64,000 nt of DNA. It comes from Octopus bimaculoides. Its lineage: Eukaryota. A program made the translations under genes and the position numbers. Every line of letters starts with the position of its first letter. Position 1 is the first letter of the stretch. Shown here in pieces: positions 1 through 12,899 of the stretch. The stretch lies in assembly GCF_001194135.2 (NCBI RefSeq), contig NC_068982.1:176777059-176841058 (forward strand), read 5' to 3'. The notes under the pieces were generated by a model. It ran no database searches, was not told the origin of the DNA, and saw nothing but the letters and a program-made list of their open reading frames with translations.

Positions 1-219
1 ATACTCGGTTTTATTAAAACTAAAAATTTTGTTACAAGTTATTATTTCTATTTCTTATTACGTGTTACTTCTAAATAAGCAATAACTCAGTTAAGACAAT
101 TTTGCACTTTAAAAAATTTCATTTTTTTAATTATTAATCAATAATTAGAAATTTGAAAATAACAGTAGTACATAATTAGTTACTACGATAAATAGAGTAA
201 TACAAAAATTAGTTATATG

Positions 220-432
220 TTCTTTTCTACTCTGGGCAAAATGCCGGAATTTGGGGGGAGGGGCCAGTTGATTAGATCGACCCAGTACGCAACTGGTGCT
301 TAATTTTTTGACCCAGAAAAGATGAAAGGCAAGGTCGACCTCGGCAGAATTTGAAATCAGAACGTAAAGAGAGACGAAATACCGGTAAGCATTTGGCTCG
401 GCCTGCTAACGTTTCTGCTAGCTTGTCGCCTT
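220..432 (-). mobile_element. tRNA-derived SINE, family A
   Basis: The minus strand reads AAGGCGACAAGCTAGCAGAAACGTTAGCA... with a B-box-like TTCAAATTCTG. The same sequence recurs more than 10 times in the window. Confidence 0.8.
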
Positions 433-519
433 ATATATTAGTTATATACTACAGTAAAATCTACGTATAACAACAAATTCACAAGTTATTGCCAAGTCTT
501 CACATTTTTAGTATTAACC

Positions 520-900
520 CAATGCCTATCTTTTACATAATGAATTGCCTACAATATATACTATTCTACTTTGCATAAAACTTTAGCTATGTTTGTACCT
601 CTGGCTCTCAGTTTTTGAGTATTCTAGTGTGTCACTATTTTAACAAGATGATGGTATCTTTTTGTAATTTACTTTGTAAATTAAAATCAAATAAATTTTA
701 AACTTTATGCTTAGCTGCAATATTTTAAGTCAACATTTTCTTGCTCTGTACTTCACCAGATGTAATAAGTTGTCCTGAACTTTTCCAAGTGTAATAACTT
801 GTCGTGTAATTTTCTAGGTTTATAATCTGAAGAATATTATTTTTCTTGCTCGCATTTCTCCATGTAATCCATGTTTTTTTCCATGCTATGCTATTATGCT
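520..900 (-). mobile_element. Highly decayed R4/Dong-like LINE fragment (post-RT region)
   Basis: Minus-strand translation gives K-HGLHGEM and W-SSGQL-like remnants resembling the W.EK.LHG motif seen in the better copies at 15590 and 43300. Many stops. Confidence 0.3.
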
Positions 901-1324
901 AATTAATAATGCGTCAAATGTGTCAATTAGCGGTGTCGTTGATACATTAAATGTCCCCTTACAGAACTACATTCATAAAAAAAGTATAGAACTATATTAT
1001 CACCCCCAAATTTGAGAAACAAACACTCATAACTATTTTCTTTCAAAACTCCAATGCATGAGATTGATACCATGAAATTTCTCGAATTGAGCTCTATCGT
1101 TTAAGCCTGATTAAAATATAGTTTGTTTTAAAATAAAACATTTAATTACACTTGAATCCAATTTTTTGCTTTATATTTTTTTCATATTTTATCTCACAGC
1201 CTTTTTGATACACATTTTTGTTACATGGGAGTAAAGCTATGAACTTTTTCATGCTTTCTTCTATCATTAAAGCTAAGGTAAATATATTTTGCTTATAAAA
1301 TAAAAATAGGTATTTAGATCAAGT

Positions 1325-1575
1325 TTAGATACATAATTTCACCCATTTCTCTGCAAGAAGTATGCCCACACTACGTCGCCCGCCACTGTCACGCTCCCAG
1401 AGGATTTTTATACCTATTTGTCTTCCTGTAAGGATCCTGACTGAAGATCCGCTCCACCATATCTCTTGGATGCAACATATATCAACACAACTCCGTTCAA
1501 GCCCCTCAACAGTCTGGCTACACCTACCTTTCAATGTGCCTACACTGACAGTGCCAACTCTGAAAACTTGGAGTG
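1325..1575 (-). mobile_element. RTE-clade LINE fragment, N-terminus of APE endonuclease
   Basis: RVGTVSVGTLKGRCSQTVEGLERSCVDICCIQEIWW...GVGILLAEKWV-like motif (ORF 1325..1534). Fits the start of an RTE APE domain. Confidence 0.75.
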
Positions 1576-1817
1576 TCTATTGAGCGAAAGCACCTAAAGT
1601 CCCACGAGGCTCCGGCAGGGATGGTGGCAAGCCCTGCTGTGCTTTTGACCACAACTTTCTCTCACTCTTTCTTCCTGTTTCTGCTGTACCTGCATTTCAA
1701 AGGGCCAGCCTTGTAATACTCTGTGTCACGTTGAATCTCCCTGAGAACCACGTTAAGGGTACACGAGCAGGCGGTTAGGAAGAGCTGGAACCCTCGTTGT
1801 CGTAACCGGAGGAGTGC
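1572..1817 (+). mobile_element. Headless SINE (family B body with a different 3' half)
   Basis: About 1572-1680 matches the reverse complement of 53720-53825 (GAGTGT.TATTGAGCGAAA...CCACGAGGCTCCGGCAGGG). Ends CGTAACCGGAGGAGTGCCAC next to a (TA)n tract. Confidence 0.65.
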
Positions 1818-1825
1818 CACGATAT

Positions 1826-1873
<48 letters not shown>

Positions 1874-3118
1874 TCACGCGCGCACTCAAGCACACATTCA
1901 TACGCGCAGATATAGGATTGATGCAACTGAATCGTGGAAGTACAATATTCATCGAGATAATATATTTCATCTTCGAGAGTACACAATTCCACAATACGTA
2001 GTTATTACGATGATATTATGTCTATGTAAATTCAAAATGTTTTCAGAATAAACTTGATATATCCCACTTAAAGAAAATGCGTGATAGTTATACGAAAATC
2101 TAACCACGCAAGGAAATGTGAATGTAAGTGATATTCTCCTTTTCAGTTTTGAAATTAAGACAATACACAGTGACACGTTCGTTTTCCGGTGCCAGCAGCA
2201 CCAGCTGGAAACCCTAGGGTCACTGCTCGTAACGTGGACAAAAGAAAAATCAATGAATGCAGGTACCTCGCCGGTCGCTATCTGTTTGTGTGGTCTCCGT
2301 CGAGATGTCAAGTGTTCTAGGCACCCTACTACCACTGATTTCCTCTGCAAAATAGGTATAACGGCGACCCGTCTGAGAAATGGGCCCCGCGAATCGGAGT
2401 GGCTGTTGCATTGAGTATCGATGACCTTTCTCCGCAACAACACCATCGTGGTCATTTCAGCGGGGCGGGGCTCAACACATCATTTGTTTTGAGGTATATG
2501 CCCCCACCTCTCCACCTTCAGCTGCTTAACTGCCCCACACTTTTTTTCCTTTTCTTCTTTATCTATCATCTGCTGTTTCCTTGTTATTAAATATTCTAAT
2601 AAAATTTCTTTATCAGAGAACGGTATATACCTGAATAATATGCAGCACTCTAATCTTAATGAATTGGTATATGAATACATTAGAAGACGACGAACGGACG
2701 AAGTGCTTAATTTGTAAGTAATCTAGATATAATAATTGAATTATACACACCAAGCCTGAACTGAACAAATGTTATCTATTGTGGAGTAATTCTGTAACTG
2801 CTTTTAGTTTAATACTTGCTGATGAGGTAGTCACTGAACCATCAGTTTGCCATGAGGAAGCCTAACACTAAAGTTCTATATTGCGTGAAATATCTGAGGC
2901 GCATCTTGGTCAATTGTTTAATTCATATAAACATTATATATGTATTGATATTACAGGTGCACTATTTTGAGATTAATATTTTTTTTGTTTTGAAATCACT
3001 TGTTTCGGCGTTCAATCTCACCAGACAAAACCTTCAATATGTAGCTTCATCTGTAGTTCCAAATAGAGCAAATGTTTGTGAATGAATTTCAGGAGAGAGA
3101 AACTGTGCAGAAGCACTA

Positions 3119-3120
3119 CA

Positions 3121-3174
<54 letters not shown>

Positions 3175-3307
3175 GTGATAGACAGACATAGAGAGAAGGG
3201 GAGGGAGAGATAGATACATATGCCTATTGTATTATATTCGCTATGTGTGTGCGTGCGTGCGTGTCTGTCACTGTGCATGTTAAAGTGTGTGTGTGTGTGC
3301 GTGTGTA

Positions 3308-3338
<31 letters not shown>
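3119..3338. repeat. Compound (TA)n/(GA)n/(TG)n microsatellite cluster
   Basis: Seen directly in the sequence. Confidence 0.95.
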
Positions 3339-3342
<4 letters not shown>

Positions 3343-4454
3343 ACGTACTGATACAGGTTGGTGTAATGCGATGTGAATGTTAAGCAATGATAAGCGCTCT
3401 ACCGGTTCTATTGTACTTGAGTAGACAAAATATAGCTAAAAAGTTGATACTTCTATAGAAAGATCGGTAAATCTATCGTGAATTTAACCTTAACTTATAG
3501 GAGGCATTTATAATAACCCCATTTCCTATATTGAGATGTAGAAAGTGAAGCCTCAAGCAGATGCTGATGAAGATTTACATGGTAAAGGCAGACAGTAGCC
3601 TTCTTCCTACTTTCATGAAATCACTTCTCATCGTACAGCCACCAGCATACTTTGTGGTGAGTACGAACTCTACATATAACTTCGCTCTTATTTATCCTAT
3701 GTATTTCCTTTCATTTTTATATACTGTTTTGTCTATTTAAAAATTATTTTTATGTGATTATATAAATATTTTGTTCTCAATTTATAACAGAAATCGATGC
3801 AAAAATAAGTTGACTTTCGTAACGTGAAACAAACCTGTTTAACACCTGTTACTCTAATTTACTATTATTGGATTTGTACTTTGTCATGCATTTTTGTACT
3901 TTGTACTTTCTACTTTTGTACTTTGTCACGCATTTGTAGGAGTAGATTATGAATGCGTGAACACGTATAGCATATTTTAATTATAATTATTGAGTCATCT
4001 CAGGAAAATTATGGAAACCAACTCCCATCAACTTGAGATTTGAACTTAGAATGTGAAGGTAAGTAACAGCTTCTAGACATTTTCCGAAACATTTGTGTTA
4101 TATGAATTTCTTTATATTATCGTTTCTGTGCACGCTATGGTTAATAGCACACTAGTTGAGAAACATTGTGTTACATAGCAATCAACTATTCTTGGTTTTA
4201 TTTACCTACAAATACTTCACAAAAGTTTTACGTGATTTTTATAATTGGATGTAGCATTTGTACATTTTCATAGCTATCAGGATCATAAGTGAAGTGAAAA
4301 TATATCTATAAGGTCGATCAAATAGGTTTCGATGCAATATAAATGTAGTTGATTCAGTTGTCTCTGCCGAAAGTTGTATTAAAGTAAGGAATACCATTTA
4401 GCGTACAATACAGCGCCTTCAGCTGTGACCGCAGGAAGCAACAAGAGCAGCTAC

Positions 4455-4542
4455 AACATCAACAACAACAACAACAACTACTACTAATAATAATAATAAT
4501 AATAATGATAATAATAATAATAATAATAATAATGATAATAAT
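4455..4542. repeat. (AAC)n-(AAT)n microsatellite
   Basis: Seen directly in the sequence. Confidence 0.95.
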
Positions 4543-5525
4543 GTAACTTGTGCTACTGCTGTATCCACCACCACTACCATTCTTACATGTATGAAATTCG
4601 AAGAATACCGATGTACTCTCTTCTGATAGGGAATAGTGAAATTCTAATTCGTTAAGTAACTGATTATTGAATTAATTTATATATTGCTAGTGCTTTGATA
4701 AAATACAAAACTCCAGTCATGATATATAGTATATACGAGTTAAACACACTTTTTGAAGTAAAATTTTAATTATAAGTGGCAGGAACACTTTTATTCCTTT
4801 GATTAACATTAATCAATTTACCGAGTATCACATACTGGTAAGATATATATACAATTGCCATGACTAAGAGACATGTATGCCACAAACAATTCTAGTTGAA
4901 TGCAGATATGGAGACATAAAGTCAGAAACAACTATATTGTACGGTTTTATTTCTGCTGTAAATGTAAAAGAAATATACTGTGGGAATATAATATCTGATG
5001 GGAAACACACTTGCTTATTTATAATTTGAAAGAGTGTTGATTGTTATTTCAGGCTGTTTGCAGACCCCTATGTCATAAAAGCTTAGTAAGTATACTGTGG
5101 ATCACCTGAAAGAAGAGGATTAAAGAAATAACAAGTATTCTGTCACCTAAATGGTTATAATTAGATGTAATACCGAGAAGTTCTATAAGTTACAAGATGT
5201 TACACATGGCAGTCATATTGAAACCATACGATATATTGGAAATGATTTATGTTGTGCGGGAAGGGTAGACTCCTCTCGTGTTGTCTTCTAAGATAAACCA
5301 TCCGTTCTATCCGAAAGTGAGAGACAAGTGGGCCCAGTAACCAAGTAAGATTTCTTGGGTATTCTCCCACGAGACACTGTCCATTTATTTTTTATCTGGC
5401 ATCGATTATGATAACTTTGCTTTCACCGAGGTTTACAAGATCTTCAGAGAACCCGTGCTAACTCTAGCAGTTCAAATCGCTGATATTTTTATCCCTACAA
5501 AATCTGCACCATTGTCAATAGCAAG

Positions 5526-5574
5526 ATATGTATGTATGTATGTATGTATGTATGCCTGCATGTATGTATGTATG

Positions 5575-5605
<31 letters not shown>

Positions 5606-5672
5606 GCATGCATGCGTGTGTGTGAGTATGCATGTACATATGCATGTGTGTACAAGTGTGTATGTATGTATG
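5526..5672. repeat. (TATG)n microsatellite
   Basis: Seen directly in the sequence. Confidence 0.95.
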
Positions 5673-6229
5673 CATGTCGTCGTTCAATTATATTTCAGGA
5701 TTTCTTGCCAATAGAGACAGAGCCGCTTTCTAACCTAGATCAAAGGCTCATTCATTGGAATTTCAACATGAACAAACACAACTGAGCTTGACACTTATAT
5801 ACATATATGTGGTTTGGATATTGGCTGTTCCTTCTAGCGTGTCAGGAATCCTGTGACGGATACCTCTTATGTGTTTAAATGTACACTGTACTTATAACAT
5901 ATATATGCATATAGATGCGCATGGATATACATAAATGCATATAACTACATGTATTCATAAAAATCCCACATATATACATATACGTATCTGTGCAAACAGA
6001 CGTATATAGAGCACAAACATTTCGGAACACTAAGAAGAGAATACATAGTTACTTAACTCTACAGATGTAGAGTTCATAATGTGCAGATGAAATGTGCAAA
6101 AACCTTGGTTATGCAACTAGTAAATAGTCACACAGAGGTGTTACTCTTTGTGTAACTATTTACTGGTTACATATTAAGTCGACTCTTTCATCAAGAAATA
6201 ATTGGCAAAGGAATCTTGTATAGTAGCGC

Positions 6230-7480
6230 AGGAGACTTAGAGATTGAATTGAGAGAAAAGAGAGAAAAAGAGCCAAGAGTAGGGAAAGGGTGGATATAAG
6301 AGGCGTTGAAAGAGTGAACAGAGGTAGAAGTAATGTAAAGCATGGAGTGGGAGGAGGACTTCAATGACACAGGGGTGGTGTGAATAGAGCTAGAATAGCT
6401 AAAACGGAGAGAAGATAGAAGAAAGTAAAATCAAGGTTACTGTGGTGAAAGGATACGTCAATGTTGATCAGAAAGCTTAATAGGCAGACTTTTAATCAAT
6501 TAGGGATGGTAGTTGGAAATGCAAAGAGACAGGAAGGGAAAAGTAATTAACTAAAGGAATTCAGGTGTGGTAGCAGAAGAAGAAGGTATGCTGAAATAGG
6601 GAGAAAGCTGCAAGGAGAGAATAGAAAGAAAATGTTGCAAACCTATCTAAGTAATAAGTAACGGTTTAGCCATAAATAAGAGAAACCATAACGACTTTAC
6701 GTAATGGGCAAAGATGGAATAAAATTTGTGCTTACACGAGAAGGTTACACCAAAGAACCGATCGAGTAACTCGGTGTTATCATGACGAAGGTCAGGAATG
6801 TTTCTCTGCAACACAACTTACAAACACGATGGTTAGTATTACAGGCGGAAGCCTCAAAAGCTCGGGACCAGAGTAAGGTATAGGAACTATTGTGGGACTT
6901 AAGGGTTGTGTATGTAACTAAGGAGGAAGAGAATCTAGAGGTGTTCTTTGATAATGAATTCATGTGATCCCGGTAGTGGCGCTTGAAATCAACAGTTCCG
7001 GCAATTTAGACTCTAGCCTGATGGATCTGGTGGTTATTTTCGACCTATATATGTGTGACAATGTGGCGTAAAACGAGCATCTAACACACACAGTTGGAAG
7101 GTCCAGCAAACTCAGGTTTTTCCACTAGAGGTGGGCTTAGGATCAATACCTATTCTGATCCGATTCATATGATCCATTATCCTCCAAGTAGGACTGGTGT
7201 TACCGTTACCAGTATGGGGCCGGAGAGGGCATCACCACTGCTACATGTGGTAAAGTAGCTGATAATAGGGGATATAGTAGCAGGGTTGCTATTATACAAA
7301 AGGATAAGATTCCTGCGGCTCATAGTATTAGTATCTGGCGGGTGAGGATGACATCCAGGTGGATAGTTTGTTGTTCCCACAAAAAGGAGCCGTAGTTTTC
7401 GCTCTTGGAAGAGGCAATTACAGATCCCAAGTTTGGTGTTGTAGAGAATAGGATTTTAATCGAAGCTTCCTAGAAGATGG
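6230..7480 (-). mobile_element. Decayed CR1/L2-group LINE (RT and C-terminal remnant)
   Basis: Purine-skewed plus strand. Minus-strand translation gives broken remnants (NSNPATISPIIS; LINIDVSFHH...SLLRYY) resembling CR1-group RT and post-RT regions. Many stops. Confidence 0.45.
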
Positions 7481-8539
7481 GGTGGTATTTAAGGTGAGCT
7501 TATGATATTGAAAAAATAATTAGGGTAAAGATTAAAACTGATAACAAATGAAAGCTCTAGCCTGCTGTAAAAATATACTTTGCACTCTTACTCAGATGAA
7601 GCCACTAAAATGAAAACATATTACCAAAAGTACTTCGTGACATCGCAATGTGCGTATTGTTACCTACTTAGTTTGACAGCATCACTAGCAATATATTAAT
7701 ATTTGTGTTGCCAATTGATAGTGTTAAGTTGCAAGCCACGATTTTCCAGAGATGGCATTATGAGACCAAAGTCTGGTCGTGTTTACTGTAGCAATTTAAG
7801 GGAAAGAGTTTTAAAATACGTATTGGGTTTATCGCTATCATTTAAATGTACGAATCGTATTTGTATTTGCTGTCAGCTACTATCCTGGGGTCATAGTATT
7901 TGATAAGAGCCACAAGGGTTAACCCCACCCACTACTCACTGCACGCACACGCACTCAAACACACACACATAAATATGCAGCCGACACTTCTGAGACCCTA
8001 CTTTTTTCTGTTTATAGATTTTTCTTGTAATTATGCTTATAGTCTAAGTGATAAAAGTGTGTATGACAACGTAAGCTGATACAACTCGCAAAAATGCTTA
8101 AGCTAATTTATACTCCTTTCTCAAACAGAAAACGTTTTCTATGCTATTTCTGAACCATGTTGACAAAATCGATAAGCTCACACGCAATGATTATATATGA
8201 TATTGAAGTGTATAACCCTTTAGATATTCAAGGTGTTGGGAACGTGGTACAATGATGAGTTGAACTAAGCCAATTAGATTACTTTGATCTTCTGTAAGAA
8301 GAGCATTAAAGCTAGAAATCTTAGCATCTGATTGCTGTAAGTTGTGGTTATTTTCATAAGATACACTTTAAATAGAATACAAGCTTTATCTTTCTATTTA
8401 GTCTGAGAAAATGTCGAAGAACATGTTCCCCGGCGAATATTTTTCAACTGAAAGAACTTAATGTTTTATGTTAATTTGCAATGATGTTAGTTAAGTTCCA
8501 TAAATCCTTTTATCAATTTCCTTTGTGTTTTAATATATT

Positions 8540-8752
8540 GATTTCAAATATGGGCTCAAGGCCAGCAAGTTCAGGTAAAAGGTTATGTCGATGTAATCGT
8601 CTCTAGTTTTCAACTAGCACTTATTTCGTCGACTTTGAATGGATGAAAATCAAAGTCGACCACAGTGGAACTTGAACTGTGGCCTATAGGACGGACAAAA
8701 TCCCGTGAAGCGTTCTGCCCACCGTGCTACCGATTCAGCCAACTCGCTGTCT
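8540..8752 (-). mobile_element. tRNA-derived SINE, family A (diverged)
   Basis: Aligns by eye with 220-432 (GATGAAAATCAAAGTCGACC...GAACTTGAACT). Confidence 0.75.
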
Positions 8753-9296
8753 ATTTATGTTTTGATACATATACTTATATATGATACACTGATCTAAATT
8801 TCAACATTATTTACAACGTATATAATGTAACACCTGTATCGGTGTAAACCTAAATGTGAGATACATTGCCGCAGTATTATCTCAGCCCTGCCTACTTCTG
8901 CAAGAGTAAATTAAAGTGAAATATTTATAATTGTCAAATATTTAAACCATCCTAATCTCGTATTATGTTAATTTAGAGACAAGGTTTAATAATGATGAGA
9001 TAAGTTGCATAAGTCATTTTCTTGGGGTAATTTCAATGATATTCATTTTAACTATCAATTCAAATCAAAAATCATAAACGCTTTCCAATATTGAGATAAT
9101 TTACTGGGTTAATTGTTTAATGCTTGGAATATTCTACTATGTTACCGACTTCTTTTGTTTAATCTCGAAAGTAATTTTACGGAAAAATAATATTTTGCAA
9201 ATGTTACAACACGACATCTATAATATTGTCTATAATTTAACGGACAGGTGAGATAAATAGTACATATTTCTTTTTAAACGCGAATCATTAATTTTA

Positions 9297-10200
9297 CGAG
9301 GTGGTGTCTAAAACTTCCAGGAGTAGTTATGTTTAATAAAAAATAACTTATTGATCTAAGTTTTAACATCATCTACTTCAAAATAGCCACCTTGCGCAGC
9401 AATACACCGGTCCCAGCGTCCCTGCCACTTTTGGAAGCCGACCTGGAAGTTATTTTCTGTAAGCGAATCGAACACCTTCTGTGATTCGCTCTAGATCACC
9501 TCGAAAACGGTGCTAAAACGGTAATCTTTGACTTCCATTTTCATCTTGGGGAGGAGATGTAAGTTCGCTAAATCTGGCGAACAGGGTGAGTGCGGAAACG
9601 ATACGATGTTGTTTTTGGCGAGAAACCTACGAGTGGGAAGAGCTCGCTGACAATGGACGTTGTCAACGTGAAGAATCCAATTCTTCGCACCGCACAGAAC
9701 CGGTCGCTTTCGACAAATGTCCTCTCTCAAAAGTCTCAATACTTCGCACTAGAACTCTCGGTTGAAGATCTGGCCCCGAGGAACAAATTCTCGATGCACA
9801 ATACCGCAAATAACGAAAAAAAAACGAGGAGTATAATCTTAATAGATCTACAGCTTTGTCGTGTGCCCGTACCACTCGAAACATTGCGTCTGACCCATTG
9901 CTTCCTCACCATAAGGTTGCTGAGTATGGTCAGTGTCTCTGTAGCAAACTTACCAAGTTTAACATAAAATTTTCTGCAGGCGCTTTGTTCTAACTTCTTG
10001 TCCATGACAAAGAATCGTATACTACAGCATACACATGATCACAAAAACACAAATTTCACGACTTGCGTAGTAAACACAGCAATGTCACTCGGCACATTAC
10101 CTCATGGAAGCCAATGCTATCTGTCATTGCGAACGCAACCATGTGCTGTCATCTGTTGGCGCGCTACAGAACCTGTCTGGGACATTTATGATACATCTCG
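9297..10200 (-). mobile_element. Internally deleted mariner DNA transposon (pseudogenised transposase)
   Basis: TA at 9295-96 and 10201-02, with degenerate TIRs starting CGAG. N-terminal MDKKLEQSACRKFYVKLGKFATETL (first HTH) and C-terminal WILHVDNV...FLAKNNIVSFPHSPCSPDLA (DN and YSPDLAP-like motifs). The second HTH and first catalytic Asp are missing. Confidence 0.9.
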
Positions 10201-10344
10201 TATTTTGAAACAGATAATGCAACGAATATATTTTTCTAAGGATCATGTCTACTATAGACACCGGGCATGAAATTTGGGGAGGTTTTATTTCTGGAACAGT
10301 AATGATTCTGCATGTACGCAGCCTTTATGATTATTACAATATTC

Positions 10345-10770
10345 ATTTTCAAATTTTGACCATGGACCGAGAATTTCGAGATAGGGGGAAGTCGATCACA
10401 TCAATCCCATCGCTTAACTACTACTTTTTTTATCGACACTAAAACGATAAAAGGCACAGAGTACCTTGGCGGCATTTGAACTCACCACAAAAAGACGGGC
10501 AAAACATCACTAAGCATTTTAGCATTTTTTCCAGCTCGTCGGCTTATATTTTGTAATAATCCTTTCCAATGTAGGCACAAGGCCCGATATTTTAGAAGAG
10601 GGGGTAGTCGATTACATCGACCCCAGTACTTGACTGGTACTTATTTTATCGAACACTGAAGGATGAGAGGTAAAGTCAACCTTGGCGGAATTTGAACTCA
10701 GAACGTGAAGACGGACGAAATGCCGCGAAGCATTTTGCTCGACGTGTTAATGATTCTCGCAGTTTCCACC

Positions 10771-10772
<2 letters not shown>
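10345..10772 (-). mobile_element. Two tandem family A SINEs
   Basis: Two head-to-tail copies (about 10345-10545 and 10556-10772), with B-box GAATTTGAACTC on the plus strand, followed by (TAA)n. Confidence 0.8.
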
Positions 10773-10846
<74 letters not shown>

Positions 10847-10866
10847 TGATGATGATGTTGATGTTG
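10772..10866. repeat. (TAA)n-(TGA)n microsatellite
   Basis: Seen directly. It is the source of the poly-N, poly-I and poly-L ORFs in the track. Confidence 0.95.
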
Positions 10867-11344
10867 ATACACACAATAAACATGTAATTTAGGATCACAC
10901 ATGTAGGAAGTGGGAATGGTTAGTTGATTAAATCGACGCCAGTTCTTGATAGGTATATATTTTATCAACCCTGTGAAGATGATAGTAAAACTTAAGCTTT
11001 GTTGGATTTGGCCACAAGGGGTATAGTTTATGAACGAATGTAGCAGCCAATGTCTTTCCGATCAATTAACGATTTGCTAGCCTACCATACCTGTCATAAT
11101 ATGTATGATGTTCCTCTTTTTTGTAGTTTTACATTTCATTAGATAGATAACATGTGTTATCGATTGACTAATACTTAGTATTTACAAACACTTAATACAA
11201 TTAATGAAAGTAACACCAGTGTCAATTAGGTGTGAACTTAGTATCGAGTGAGACTGAAATTTATCACTACAGAACATTTACTACAGCGCATTTTACACCT
11301 TACATAACAAATATACACAAGCTTTCTCGTAATTACCTGGCATG

Positions 11345-11394
<50 letters not shown>

Positions 11395-11424
11395 TACATA
11401 TATATTTATATACGTTCTTTTTCT

Positions 11425-11531
11425 TTTACTTGTTTCAGTCATTTGAATGTGGCCATGGTGGAGCACCGCATTTAGTCGAACAAATCGAGGCCTGGGCGTA
11501 TTTTTTGTAAACCTAATACTCAATCCATCGG
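11425..11531 (-). mobile_element. 3' part of SINE family C, cut by an assembly gap
   Basis: TTGTTTCAGTCATTTGAATGTGGCCATGGTGGAGCACCGC resembles the segments at 55790 and 60660. Confidence 0.65.
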
Positions 11532-11983
11532 NNNNNNNNNNNNNNNNNNNNNNNNNNNNNNNNNNNNNNNNNNNNNNNNNNNNNNNNNNNNNNNNNNNNN
11601 NNNNNNNNNNNNNNNNNNNNNNNNNNNNNNNNNNNNNNNNNNNNNNNNNNNNNNNNNNNNNNNNNNNNNNNNNNNNNNNNNNNNNNNNNNNNNNNNNNNN
11701 NNNNNNNNNNNNNNNNNNNNNNNNNNNNNNNNNNNNNNNNNNNNNNNNNNNNNNNNNNNNNNNNNNNNNNNNNNNNNNNNNNNNNNNNNNNNNNNNNNNN
11801 NNNNNNNNNNNNNNNNNNNNNNNNNNNNNNNNNNNNNNNNNNNNNNNNNNNNNNNNNNNNNNNNNNNNNNNNNNNNNNNNNNNNNNNNNNNNNNNNNNNN
11901 NNNNNNNNNNNNNNNNNNNNNNNNNNNNNNNNNNNNNNNNNNNNNNNNNNNNNNNNNNNNNNNNNNNNNNNNNNNNNNNNNNN
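11532..11983. other. Assembly gap (first of 11 N-runs)
   Basis: Other N-runs: 29985-29994, 35197-35563, 37419-37902, 38397-38468, 41696-41922, 47190-47804, 50622-51196, 54952-55297, 58148-58826, 61679-62032. Confidence 1.
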
Positions 11984-12046
11984 ACAAAATAAATTAGCTA
12001 CTGTTGTTAAGAAATTTACATTCTTATAGTTAATCACACACATACT

Positions 12047-12093
<47 letters not shown>

Positions 12094-12782
12094 TCAGTAA
12101 TAGTACACACACTCACAAATTTCCACGAAGATACATAATCAGATGCATATACAAATTTGCAAATATTCAACGACAAAACAACAGAAATTGTTTAGTATAA
12201 ATGGAAGCATAGAATTATAATGATTTAATACAAAATTTCTCAAGAGCAACCACAAGAAAAATAGACCACTAGAATAAATCAATAAAATCTTATGTCCTCG
12301 CAATTAGCATATCTATTGCTTCATTATACATGAGAAATAATATATACATGTATACATGAGAAATAATATTGGAGTTACATACCAGAAATTAAATTAAAGA
12401 TGCACACGAACGTAACATAATCACATTTATTTATAAATACATGTAAAAGTAAAATTACTTAAGAAATCCAAGAAACTCAAAAATCTTCACTTTCATGGTT
12501 TTAAGTAAAGGGGAGATAATCTCTTTATCCAAACTAAGATACTAACCTTTCAAAACGATCTACTGTATATACTGCTCCCACGGGTTATATCGCCATAGCA
12601 AAACTGTTAAAATAGCAGCGGATTTGAGTTCATAACCTAATAGGAAGCTATCCACTAAAACAAGTTTTATATATTGATACATACATTTATGAGTACCAAC
12701 TGAGCATTGTGGTCGATGTAATCGACTTACCTACTCCCCCGAACTTACGGCCCTTGTGTCAAAATTTGAAGTCAATTTGTGT

Positions 12783-12835
<53 letters not shown>

Positions 12836-12899
12836 AGCAAAATGGAGAATATCTTAGTCGAATGATCGACACGTCCGCAAATGTTTAGACAATAGTAAT

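Noticed and set aside
2821-2847. let-7-like miRNA (TGAGGTAGT) or C/D snoRNA
   Set aside because: Only 9 nt match let-7, with no precursor hairpin. The TGATGA-CTGA spacing is far too short for a C/D snoRNA.
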